Notes under the pieces: generated by a model
The model's database searches: none
Seen by the model: only the letters and a program-made list of their open reading frames with translations
Told to the model about the DNA's origin: nothing
Position numbers and translations under genes: made by a program
Shown: positions 1 through 9,720 of the stretch, in pieces
Numbering within the stretch: position 1 is the first letter of the stretch
Layout: every line of letters begins with the position of its first letter
From: Trichomonas gallinae
Taxonomy: Eukaryota
Assembly: GCA_008369845.1 (NCBI GenBank)
Contig: MRSU01001175.1
Span: forward strand, 1-32,274
Reading direction: 5' to 3'
DNA: 32,274 nt

Positions 1-345
1 GAGGGCATCCCAGACGGCTGGATGGGTCTCGATATCGGTCCAAAGACAATCGCTAACTTCCAGGAAGTCGTTCTCCGCGCCAAGACACTCGTCTGGAACG
101 GCCCAGCTGGTGTCTACGAGTTCGAGGCCTTCCAGGCTGGCACACGTGGCATACTCGATGCTGTTGCCAAGGCTACAGCTGCTGGTGCTCTCACAGTTAT
201 CGGTGGTGGTGATTGCGCTGCCTGCGCTATGAAGTGGGGCTACACAGAGAAAATTTCCCACATCTCAACAGGTGGTGGTGCCTCCCTCGAACTCCTCGAA
301 GGCCGCCCAATGCCAGGCCTTCTTGCTCTTTCTGATAAGCAATAA
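1..345 (+). CDS. PGK: Phosphoglycerate kinase, C-terminal part (5' end lies outside the window)
   Basis: Frame is open from base 1 ([16 protein letters not shown]). PGK signature motifs [21 protein letters not shown] and [16 protein letters not shown] are present. GC-rich, strongly biased codons typical of a highly expressed gene; stop lies in TAAA. Confidence 0.98.
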   Translation, partial: EGIPDGWMGLDIGPKTIANFQEVVLRAKTLVWNGPAGVYEFEAFQAGTRGILDAVAKATAAGALTVIGGGDCAACAMKWGYTEKISHISTGGGASLELLEGRPMPGLLALSDKQ

Positions 346-843
346 ACGGTCTATTCCTTTCTTTTTAGATAAATTAATAATGATTTTTAAACTAAAAACA
401 AAAAATTGATATAACTTCGAACCTTCTCGTCAAATGAGGCTTAAAATTTGTCAGTAGATTTACAAGAACAATATATATACATATAATGGATACTAGCTAA
501 ATCAATCTTAAATTATCGAGATAAAAAAATCTAACAATATTATGAGGAGAACATTAGATTTTAAATAAAACATCGAACATGTAAACAACTAAATAATGAA
601 TGAAATAAAACGTTAATATTGTAATATGTCATTAAAATATTCATTTTAAACAAATTTTTAATTTGCTTTAATTTTTTCATAGAATATTAGATATTGTTAG
701 TTCTAATATGATGGATTGATTAATAATTTGTATTCAAAATTTTGAAATATCCATTTTCGACATGAGTCTATACTAACAATGTGATTTAAATCAAAACAAA
801 CAAACAAGTTACTATAATGATAGGATTTTCAGCATATTTTGTA

Positions 844-1566
844 TTAATCTTTTTTCCTAGGAGTACCTAGTGGCAATTCAGTCAAATTAAGGTCTTCATC
901 AAGTCCATGAGCTTTTATGATAAATTTATTAGAAGAAAGACTGATTGCAGAACTATTTTTAATTAAACTGAGTTGGCTGCTGCTCTTTATGTTATTAAGT
1001 TTATTAGAATGCGGCTGAACGATTTCTATTTGATGCCTATTCTTCAATTTCATCATTTGAGATTTAACGTCTAAAATTCTGTTTTCTAGCTGTGTTAAAA
1101 GGATGTTGATGTTATGCTGGAAGTTTCCAAACTTCTTTTCTAAGATATCCATGCGCGTATTTATTTGACTAAAGTACATTTCTGTGTTTGTAGTTAATTG
1201 TGTTGAAAAATTATTACTTGCACGTGAAAAAAGAATATCAACGTATTCATGACTTGCAAATTCACTCAATACAATGTTGTCAAGCTTCGCTTTTGCGACG
1301 CGGCCGAAAATAGAAAATAAATTTGTGAAATCTTCTTTGATATCAATTCCAAAAGTATAATTTAGGAACTGATGAGTAATGCTCGAGCTAGGTTTCTCAA
1401 TTATTTGCGGTTTTGGCATGAAATTTACTTGTTTACGATTTTTCTTTGCACGCTTTGGATATGATTGAAACGGCTTAATAGATTCTTGGGAAGCTTTCCT
1501 GTCTGATATCCTCTTCAAGTCATCCAACTCCTGATTAATCATATCAAACCATTCTTTTCGATTCAT
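844..1566 (-). CDS. Hypothetical protein, 240 aa, with a probable coiled-coil segment
   Basis: Uninterrupted 723-bp ATG-to-TAA ORF, more GC-rich than its flanks. Heptad-like stretch INTRMDILEKKF...LENRILDVKSQMMKLK. No family recognised. Confidence 0.75.
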   Translation of the reverse strand: MNRKEWFDMINQELDDLKRISDRKASQESIKPFQSYPKRAKKNRKQVNFMPKPQIIEKPSSSITHQFLNYTFGIDIKEDFTNLFSIFGRVAKAKLDNIVLSEFASHEYVDILFSRASNNFSTQLTTNTEMYFSQINTRMDILEKKFGNFQHNINILLTQLENRILDVKSQMMKLKNRHQIEIVQPHSNKLNNIKSSSQLSLIKNSSAISLSSNKFIIKAHGLDEDLNLTELPLGTPRKKD

Positions 1567-1968
1567 TTGACGAATAAATCATATTTACATGACAAAAATT
1601 ACTTTACAAATCATTTTTTTTATTGTTTCCAAATTTTAGCAATGGACTTATTTAATCGCATAACCGCATTAAAAATATTGCAAAGAAAACAAAATATAAC
1701 ATAATATTCTTACAAAATCATAGACTTATCGTTAAAAATCAATGTCAAAATTTTTTCTTTTTTTATTCTATCGAAAACAAATCCAAAATATAGATGATTA
1801 CATACAACATAGTCAGTAAATTAATTAAATTTAACATGTATAGCAGATTAATTTCGAAAAATTCAATATTTCAACTTTATTAGAACAAAAAATTATATAA
1901 AATGATATAATTACGAACAATCTGCATAAATAATAATTTAAACATATTAAAACGAGATAATTAATGAA

Positions 1969-4900
1969 TTAGTTCTTTGATTCAGCAATATTGAGTGCAA
2001 ATGAGCCTTCAAACTCAGTCTTCTCACGCAATGAAACAAAGTAAGTTAATTGGTTGCCCTTACCCTTCAAATAGATCTCACCGCGCTCTTCTATGTCAAA
2101 ATCCAAATTTTCAATAAATTCTTTTGTCGCGCCAGAAATTTGGACGTTTCCAGGCAAGTCAGTAGACTGGAGTCTTGCAGCCACATTGATTGGATCACCA
2201 ATGATGTCGAATGTTGGTTTATCAGTACCCAATACGCCACCAATCAAAGGACCACCACTGTTGACACCAATTCTAACTTCGAGACCAGCACTGAGCTTCA
2301 TGTTAATTTCATCCATCGACTTTTGTATCTGCAAGCAGCATCTCACTGAGTCTTCAGCGTGCTTGGTGCTTGGATCATCTGGATCTTGGAAGAGGCCGGC
2401 AGCAGCCATATATACATCACCAATCAATTTGATTTTTGTTATCGATTCATATTGGGAAACAATTTTATCGAATGTCGCGAAAACCAATGAAAGGTTTGTC
2501 ATGATTTCAGTAGGAGTAAGAGAAGCAGCGTAAGCAGAGAATTTAACAATATCAACGAAGAAGATTGTTGCGCATTTGATTGTGAAAGAAATGTCAGTTT
2601 CTCCTCTGTTGAGTCTGATGACGATATCTTTAGGAAGGATCTGGTATAATAGTTTTTCTGATTTAGCTTTAGCTTCTTCAGCATCTTTTCTCTTCCTGAT
2701 TTCCTCTGTTTCATTTGTCAAGATGAATACAATTGAATTAATATCGGAGCTGTCTTCTCTGTCCTTCATGCCAATCATTGTGATAGCGAAAGGAATTGGC
2801 TCGCTGACTTCGTTTACCAATTCAATATGATCCTGCCAGAAGGCTGATCCCTGGCCACTCATCATCAAGTCAATCTGCTGGTTGATTCTCGGCTGATCCT
2901 TGTCAGCGACAAAGTTTGCAATGTGCTGGCCGAGCATTTGATCTGGTGTGATATCTAAATTTTCTGTCACAGAGTTATTGATAATTTCGATGATTGAATT
3001 CTGGTTAGTAATTATGATGCATTCGCTTGCATCCATGACGATTCCCTTGGATATAGTCATCTTTTCTTCTGCTGTCTTCTTCTTATTTCTGTTGAAGAAG
3101 GCCATGATCTGAGGAGTGTCAACAATTGTCTGCGGGTTAATATGCTTGAAGCACATCAGCAACAGTTTGTAGTTTTCATTGACGAAGAACCTGAACATGA
3201 TTGGAGCACTCAGCATAACACAGCCAATGATTAAACCTAAGATTGTCAATATCAAAATCAGGTTCATTGCAGCGTTATACCTGTCAGCCAAAATATCTCT
3301 CATTCTCACTGTCGCGGAGATGACTTTAGGATAGAAGTGGTACTGCAAAATGTGAGCAACATTTCCTGAAACTTCATCGTTAATCGCTCCATTATACTTA
3401 GCTGGGTTTTTGAGGATATCGACAACCATGTTCTTAAAAATGGTGATAAGCTGCTCAATGGATGCGCAAGCGTACATATCGTGGATTGTTTGTGGATCTC
3501 TACCAAGGCTGCAGCTTTCTTCCAATTGATAACCATCCATTGTAGCATCATATCCAATGATCTTCTTTGTGTCTCCGTAACCATCTGTGAGTTTTCTGTT
3601 TGATTCGATCAGCAACTTTAAATCAGCGTTTGCTCTGTCTTCTAGTTCTTGCGGTGTAACAGTATGTTCCTCTAGTGAGCCGTTAAGCATGATTAAATTG
3701 ATGACATTGTTACCGAGCTGTGTTGCAGCCAAGACTCTTTCGCATGAGAAGTAGTACCAGTTGTACATCATGCTTAAATCATCATTCAATGTCCATGCTT
3801 GCCAGCAAATTACGCAGAAAATTGTGATATCAATGAACAAGCCTAAAAAGAAGAGTTTCGCGATATTATCCATAACATGCGATGGCTTTGCTCTCGATGA
3901 TGTTTGCACGCTGTCAGTCCTTACTCCATCAATAACTAAAGGCTTCTTGCAGTCTTCTTTGACACTGGAAGGAAGGTTTAACAGCATTGCAATTGTCTTG
4001 TTAACTAATCTGTTGTACGTCTGTATAATGATTAAAGCTGGAATAGCACAGAAAATGAATAATGCAACAGAACCTGCAATTGCCCAAATCTTGTATGTCT
4101 TCGTGTATCCTTTAGTTGTGTCGATATTGAAATCAAGGATTGATTTCAATGTTTTCGCTGATGTATTGGAAAGTAAGAAAGTATTAGCCAAAATCTGGCA
4201 AAATTCATTTGTCATGTAAAGGTTTGGATGGGAAACATTGAGATTAAAATCACCAGCGAATTGGCTTAAGAAGAAATTCATCATTTCAATCTGATCTTTA
4301 ACTGTTGCTGGCAATTCTTCTGTTGGTTTTCCACCAGTGCAAACCTGCAATGTTGCTTCTTCTCTAAGTAAGTTTGGAGCAATGCTGTATACATTGTATT
4401 CATTTGCCAATTCAGAAAAGCTGTTGAAAAGTGTCTTAAGTGAATTTCCTACAAATGCTGATGTATACAATAACTTTTCTGATATCGACAGTGAATCAGA
4501 AACAGCCGGTTTAGTTGTTGTAGCATCGATTGTTATATTTCCTAGCAAGGCTGTTGTGTCATTGAATCTGCCAGCTGTTTTTGCCCAACCAATTAATGTG
4601 AAGAATTCGCCATAATATGTGAAGAAGAGAGCATATGCAGCACTTCTAATATCATAGTATGATGTGGCTCTCCATGCAATCTGGTTCGTGAAGTAGAAAT
4701 AGAAACCAACGAAAACACAAATGACTGAAGTTGCCAAACTTATTGCAGCAAAAATAATCAATGCTGATTGAACTGGATGAGAATCACTTATACCATGGTG
4801 GAAGGCTAATCTCACTTTAGCATCTCTCAGCATCTTTTTACAGACAATCTCTTGGTGCTCAAAATCAACAGACATGGAATCGAGATTTGACATTCCTGAT

Positions 4901-6690
4901 GAATTGGAGCTGTCCGAATTTGTTTGTGATCTGTCATCCAATGTTGACATCTTTCTGTTGACTCTTCTTCCCTTTGGATCTAAGATCTTGTCTTTAAGAT
5001 AGCGAGGGAACTTGTTGACGACACTTCTAAATGAAATATCGACATTGAAGTTCTTGCCGTTTCCGATATATTCTGCCCTGACGTATTGAACTATAGCTTT
5101 GTCAAAATCCGTGACACATTCGGCGAGGAAATCAGCGTATTCATTAGTGATCCTGAGATTGTTCGGATTGTTTGAGATCGCGCACTTGAAGTATGCATCT
5201 AAGTCGTTAATCATCATTGAAATGGACGAAAGATAACCGACATCCAATGAATTCTGATCCCAAAATCCCCTGATAATTGCCTTGCACTCATCATTCTTCT
5301 GCTTAAGCTTGTTGAATGTTTCTAATGTGTCTTTAGTATCAGACACAAGTCTCCTAGTTTTGATCCTGTAGACCTGGTAAAGCAAAAATCTGTCAGGATA
5401 TGATAGTTTCCTTTTCATTACTAGTTTCTTGAACAAAACATCCATTTTTCTCGATTCGCTTGGGAAAAATGTGACAACTTGCAACAGAATCGAGAATGTA
5501 TTCTCTAGAGTTCCATTGTTAATAATGTAGTCAGTCAGAGAACCATCAATGAAGTAGTCTCCGAGTCTCGCGAGGCCTACAACTATATACATCATTGCTT
5601 TTTGACTTGAGCTGTCGAGATTGAGGGTGTTTAAGTATTCAGGCACTGATGTGACACCTTCCTGGTACGTGAGTTCGTTTTTAATCCTTGCAACTTTCTT
5701 CACGAAATATAATGTTGTGAAACCATAAGCGATACTTAGGACTAATAAGAATACAAAAATGGTGTAGTTGTATGTTAAGGACGGAATAGCATAGAGAATG
5801 AAGAAATTAATGTCTAATGCGCAAGTTGTGATACCAATACTTAAGCAAATGGAGTTTCTCCACACTTCATAGAAAGGAATGAATGTTAACCTCCAACACA
5901 CGTAAAGTGTGACAAAGAGATGAACAACACCAAGAATTACATAAAACCAATCTGAAAACAGCTTCATTAGAGCGGAAAGGATACAGCCAAATGATGTCAT
6001 GATAACCCAAATGATGATGGGTGATGAATCAAACAATGGAAATGTGAGATTTGTTAAGATAACTGATCTTGATTTTAGTAGCATGCCAGAAACGTAGATA
6101 ACTAGGAATATTATGTAGGATAAGACGCCAACTATAACTTCGACAAGATGAGATGACTGATATTTGTGGATCATTCCTGTAATTCCTTTGCAAAAGACGA
6201 AAACTGAAGGAGTTATGAAGCAAGGATCGATAACATCCATGATAAGGCTAGTAAGATACAGTAAGAATGTCGGAATTGCGTATTTCACATGATTATAAAA
6301 AATCATTAATATAATCCAAATGACAGAGAAGACAGCAACAGCTGCAGATAAGTATACATAGTATAATGATGTCTGTTCTTCATTCAAAGGGTCCATAAAT
6401 GTAAACACTTCTATAATAATTCTATAAAGGTTATGCCAAGCACCAGTTGTTCTTTGGAATGGAGGTGCATAGATCCAAAAACCAATCGACAGTACTTGGA
6501 AAAGCATAAATACTGCAAGAAGGCTTAAGAACCAAGCAGGAAACTTCGTTTTTTGCATCATTTGGTCATAAAGTGGGAACATTTTGTCTACGATCGAAGT
6601 AGTACCCTGGACAACCTTGGTTAAGTCATGAGTTGCTGTACTTGTGCTTGAGGTGGACCTCGATGTAGTAGATCCTTCTGTTGGATTCAT
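1969..6690 (-). CDS. Transmembrane class III adenylyl cyclase with PAS domain (trichomonad TMAC-like)
   Basis: C-terminal cyclase motifs FFVDIVKF, KIKLIGDVYMAAAG, RIGVNSG, TFDIIGDPINVAARLQS and LKGKG. PAS-like segment MDASECIIITNQNSIIEIINN...MLGQHIANFV precedes them. Many hydrophobic helices. The track start at 6756 is TTG; the first ATG (MNPTEGS) is at 6690 in an AAAATG context. Confidence 0.95.
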   Translation of the reverse strand: MNPTEGSTTSRSTSSTSTATHDLTKVVQGTTSIVDKMFPLYDQMMQKTKFPAWFLSLLAVFMLFQVLSIGFWIYAPPFQRTTGAWHNLYRIIIEVFTFMDPLNEEQTSLYYVYLSAAVAVFSVIWIILMIFYNHVKYAIPTFLLYLTSLIMDVIDPCFITPSVFVFCKGITGMIHKYQSSHLVEVIVGVLSYIIFLVIYVSGMLLKSRSVILTNLTFPLFDSSPIIIWVIMTSFGCILSALMKLFSDWFYVILGVVHLFVTLYVCWRLTFIPFYEVWRNSICLSIGITTCALDINFFILYAIPSLTYNYTIFVFLLVLSIAYGFTTLYFVKKVARIKNELTYQEGVTSVPEYLNTLNLDSSSQKAMMYIVVGLARLGDYFIDGSLTDYIINNGTLENTFSILLQVVTFFPSESRKMDVLFKKLVMKRKLSYPDRFLLYQVYRIKTRRLVSDTKDTLETFNKLKQKNDECKAIIRGFWDQNSLDVGYLSSISMMINDLDAYFKCAISNNPNNLRITNEYADFLAECVTDFDKAIVQYVRAEYIGNGKNFNVDISFRSVVNKFPRYLKDKILDPKGRRVNRKMSTLDDRSQTNSDSSNSSGMSNLDSMSVDFEHQEIVCKKMLRDAKVRLAFHHGISDSHPVQSALIIFAAISLATSVICVFVGFYFYFTNQIAWRATSYYDIRSAAYALFFTYYGEFFTLIGWAKTAGRFNDTTALLGNITIDATTTKPAVSDSLSISEKLLYTSAFVGNSLKTLFNSFSELANEYNVYSIAPNLLREEATLQVCTGGKPTEELPATVKDQIEMMNFFLSQFAGDFNLNVSHPNLYMTNEFCQILANTFLLSNTSAKTLKSILDFNIDTTKGYTKTYKIWAIAGSVALFIFCAIPALIIIQTYNRLVNKTIAMLLNLPSSVKEDCKKPLVIDGVRTDSVQTSSRAKPSHVMDNIAKLFFLGLFIDITIFCVICWQAWTLNDDLSMMYNWYYFSCERVLAATQLGNNVINLIMLNGSLEEHTVTPQELEDRANADLKLLIESNRKLTDGYGDTKKIIGYDATMDGYQLEESCSLGRDPQTIHDMYACASIEQLITIFKNMVVDILKNPAKYNGAINDEVSGNVAHILQYHFYPKVISATVRMRDILADRYNAAMNLILILTILGLIIGCVMLSAPIMFRFFVNENYKLLLMCFKHINPQTIVDTPQIMAFFNRNKKKTAEEKMTISKGIVMDASECIIITNQNSIIEIINNSVTENLDITPDQMLGQHIANFVADKDQPRINQQIDLMMSGQGSAFWQDHIELVNEVSEPIPFAITMIGMKDREDSSDINSIVFILTNETEEIRKRKDAEEAKAKSEKLLYQILPKDIVIRLNRGETDISFTIKCATIFFVDIVKFSAYAASLTPTEIMTNLSLVFATFDKIVSQYESITKIKLIGDVYMAAAGLFQDPDDPSTKHAEDSVRCCLQIQKSMDEINMKLSAGLEVRIGVNSGGPLIGGVLGTDKPTFDIIGDPINVAARLQSTDLPGNVQISGATKEFIENLDFDIEERGEIYLKGKGNQLTYFVSLREKTEFEGSFALNIAESKN

Positions 6691-7035
6691 TTTGTTGCAA
6701 AATAAAAAAATACGTTGTGAATTTTTTTGAAGAATAAACAACATTATAATAGCCAATCGATTTTGGACATTTTTATCAATAAATGATTTTGCTCAATAAA
6801 AACACAATAATTAAAATTTTATTGCATATTATGAGAGTATTAAAAATGGAACCATAATATTTAAATGATTTACGTTAGTTTAATTGAAATTATTTGAATA
6901 AAACCGATTTTTACTTACATTGTTGCTTGTTATAAGATTTCCATCACAAAATTATCGATTTCGTTTTGTGAGCTGTTTATTTTCCTCTGAAATTATTGAA
7001 GATTCTCAAATATTTGATAATATCGTTCAAAATTC

Positions 7036-7423
7036 ATTGAAATATCAACAATAGGAAAACAAAAGTTAAAAATCATTTATTCTTGCATATTTTTATATTA
7101 TTTTACTATTGCAATATAATTTATTTTTGTATTATTGAAATAATAACAATAAGAAAACAAAAGTCATAAGTCATTAAATCATGAATAATTCCACATTGTT
7201 ATGTTATCGGAGCTTTTCTCAATTTGAAAACAAATTTTGAGAAAACAAAACATAAAAACCATTAAATCTTACATAATTCCATATATTAATGTTATCGAAA
7301 TATTTCTTTACTTTATTATTGAAATATCCACAATATGAAAACAAAACTTAAAAATATATAAATCTTGAATGATTCTATATTTTAGTGTTATTTCTAAATT
7401 TGAAAACTAATTTTGAGAAGACA
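7036..7423. repeat. Degenerate ~90-100 bp tandem repeat, about 4.3 copies
   Basis: GAAAACAAAA recurs at 7055, 7153, 7241 and 7337 (spacings 98, 88, 96). Each is preceded by TTGAAA and followed by a (A/T)AATC(T/A)T-like motif, and the last three by TGTTAT. Confidence 0.75.
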
Positions 7424-7650
7424 TTTTATCGTTATCAATTTAAAAATTTTTTGTAAACTGAAAAATGACAACGAAGCTTTCCTTATCCAATTATTTGCTT
7501 ATTTTGGTATCATTGCTTTTATTTATGTGATCAATGATTTAAATTGGAGACTTTTCAATGCTTTTTTCAATTCTAAGCATTCAAACGAATTATTTTTTAA
7601 TTAAATTGATTTTATATAATATATATAACTTATTTATATAAATAAACATT

Positions 7651-8904
7651 TTATAAATCAGCATCAAGAGCATCGGTATCGATTTGTGGCTGATATTCAA
7701 CATCGTCATCATCATCGGATTTAGACTTATCGCTCTTGATAACAAAGAATCCATAGATCGCTCCAACAAATGCGATTGTTCCATATAACATGAAACAGCC
7801 GAAATCACCGAACTTGTTGGACATTGGCTCATAGAGGAATATAATGATAAAGGAGCTTATCCAGTTCACCGTTGAGTTTAGTGAAGATGCTAATGCAGAA
7901 TATGCCACAGGGACGCTTTGAGGGGCAAGGTACCATGGCATTGGTCCATAACCGACACCGAAGGCAATCTGATTAAGGAGAATCATTCCAATGGCGACAA
8001 ATGGGTGCCAAGCGAATTTCGCATTTAATCCGTAAATAACTAACGAAGCAGAGGTAAGCATACCCGATACAATCCACATTACACGGCTCCCAAGCTTATC
8101 TACGAGCATAGAACCCAAGAAAACCGAGATTAACTGAGCCGAAATTACAATTGCGCCAGCAATGCCTGGCTTTAAAGGAACTTTGGCATCAATGAAGAGA
8201 ATCTTCAAGTTTGAGACAATGGCATTCGGTCCGCAGAACTGCGCGATCATAATTGTCGAAAGAGCGGCGAGAAGAGGAAGAACAATCTTTTTCTGCCAGA
8301 AATTCTCTTTAATTGTGTTGACACCTTCTTCCTGGAACTGGCCTGGTGAGTTCGTCTCCGGAACGAACCAAATGAGGCATGCCTGGAGGATACATGTCGA
8401 CATTCCGACGAATGTTAAATTATATGGTGATAAGAAGTCGCCAGCGACCATCATGATCATGATGCTTGTGATTACACCTTCGGCGTTGAACGATCCGTAG
8501 AATCCTTTCTGATCTGTTGGTGCGATTTCGGTTAAATAAAGTGGGGCCAACGAAGAGGATGCGCCAAGAGAGATACCAAGCATACCACGTGCAATAATAC
8601 CAACCCAGAAGCGTTTTTCATTCATTAGGAAGAAAATTCCCCATGATGCAATAGTATAAAGCGCAATAATGAAAGCAACAATCCTTCTTCCTACAAATTT
8701 GAAAAGAAAGAAGTTAGCATATGGGCCAAATGCAGCCGCGAGTGATGAAATTGAGTTGAAAGCAGTGGCCATTAATGGAGAAACATTCCAATTCTCCATA
8801 TAATATGGTAGAACAGGAGACGGGTGAGCAAGGATAAATCCGAAGTTGAATGATGTGAGTGCGATGACGAGGGCATAAAGAATCTCCTTGCGGCAATAGC
8901 CCAT
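7651..8904 (-). CDS. Major facilitator superfamily sugar porter (GLUT8/ERD6/Tret1-like), 417 aa
   Basis: About 12 hydrophobic segments. Sugar-porter motifs GRR, PLYLTEIAP..KGFYGS, VPET, QFCGPNAI, VDKLGSR and GYGPMPW. Acidic C-terminal tail. Confidence 0.93.
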   Translation of the reverse strand: MGYCRKEILYALVIALTSFNFGFILAHPSPVLPYYMENWNVSPLMATAFNSISSLAAAFGPYANFFLFKFVGRRIVAFIIALYTIASWGIFFLMNEKRFWVGIIARGMLGISLGASSSLAPLYLTEIAPTDQKGFYGSFNAEGVITSIMIMMVAGDFLSPYNLTFVGMSTCILQACLIWFVPETNSPGQFQEEGVNTIKENFWQKKIVLPLLAALSTIMIAQFCGPNAIVSNLKILFIDAKVPLKPGIAGAIVISAQLISVFLGSMLVDKLGSRVMWIVSGMLTSASLVIYGLNAKFAWHPFVAIGMILLNQIAFGVGYGPMPWYLAPQSVPVAYSALASSLNSTVNWISSFIIIFLYEPMSNKFGDFGCFMLYGTIAFVGAIYGFFVIKSDKSKSDDDDDVEYQPQIDTDALDADL

Positions 8905-9129
8905 TTTTGGTTTTTAAATATCTAAATTCCCGATAGAAAATTTATTGGATTGAATGGAAAATTATCGTCGGATTTTATTGACGATGCGTATCTGCCCTTT
9001 TTTTTTGGAGTATCGCGTTTCAATGGTTTATTCCATGATGCGAATACTGTTATTTCGGTATAAAGCTGTATTGCTCAGTGTCTATGAATAATCATTCTAC
9101 ATTGATGTCATATTTTACATGTCAAAAAA

Positions 9130-9308
9130 ATAATTTACATTGTCAATTAATATGATTAATTTCTTTCATACAAAAATACCAGTATATTATAACCATATTA
9201 TCTTTCTTTCATACAAAACTGACAATGTAAATTATCGACTTCATGATTATCTTTCTTTCATACAAAAATACCAGTATATTATAACTATATATATATATAT
9301 ATATATAT
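9130..9308. repeat. Composite repeat: 16-bp inverted repeat, 34-bp direct repeat and (TA)n microsatellite
   Basis: ATAATTTACATTGTCA (9130-9145) and TGACAATGTAAATTAT (9220-9235) are exact reverse complements. TTTCTTTCATACAAAAATACCAGTATATTATAAC occurs at 9160-9193 and 9252-9285, with a partial copy at about 9203-9218. TA run at 9286-9308. Confidence 0.9.
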
Positions 9309-9653
9309 GTAATAGTCTATAAATGTGATGGAATAATGCAATTTTAATGTATACTTCGTTATTGATTTGAATTGTTCTATTTAAAAAAGTAAATACACAC
9401 ATAATATGGTCTTATACAAGCATAGTAGTGGTACTGTGCATATAAAAATGCTATTAGACATGTTTTAAGGCCATTCTCGAAGACTCTTCTTTCATTTGCT
9501 CGGACATGTTTTCTATGACTAGAAACTTAATCAAAAGGCCCAGCACACTTAGATTACTGATAAAATGATTGATTGAGCACATTCATATAAACAAATGATA
9601 CCCTATGTAGATTGCATAGATACTAGTACATTACTCTCTAGACTCGATTTAAT

Positions 9654-9720
9654 GCACCCATGATTTGTCACTTTTCAATATGAAGCAGCACCCATGATTT
9701 GTCACTTTTCAATATGAAGC
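9654..9720. repeat. Perfect 33-bp tandem duplication (period 34)
   Basis: GCACCCATGATTTGTCACTTTTCAATATGAAGC at 9654-9686 and 9688-9720. Confidence 0.95.

Noticed and set aside
2050..6223. Short antisense and alternate-frame ORFs inside the cyclase gene
   Set aside because: Shadows of a long codon-biased CDS; mostly non-ATG starts and no recognisable motifs.
6944..6971. TCACAAAA...TTTTGTGA inverted repeat
   Set aside because: Only 8 bp and AT-rich; not significant.
7413..7832. Small AT-rich ORFs at 7413 and 7590 (likewise 9140, 18278 and 27215)
   Set aside because: Low-complexity I/F/N/K translations of intergenic DNA, or overlaps with real genes.
9654..9720. 33-bp repeats of CRISPR-like length
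   Set aside because: Only two copies, a 1-nt spacer, no cas genes, and a eukaryotic context.
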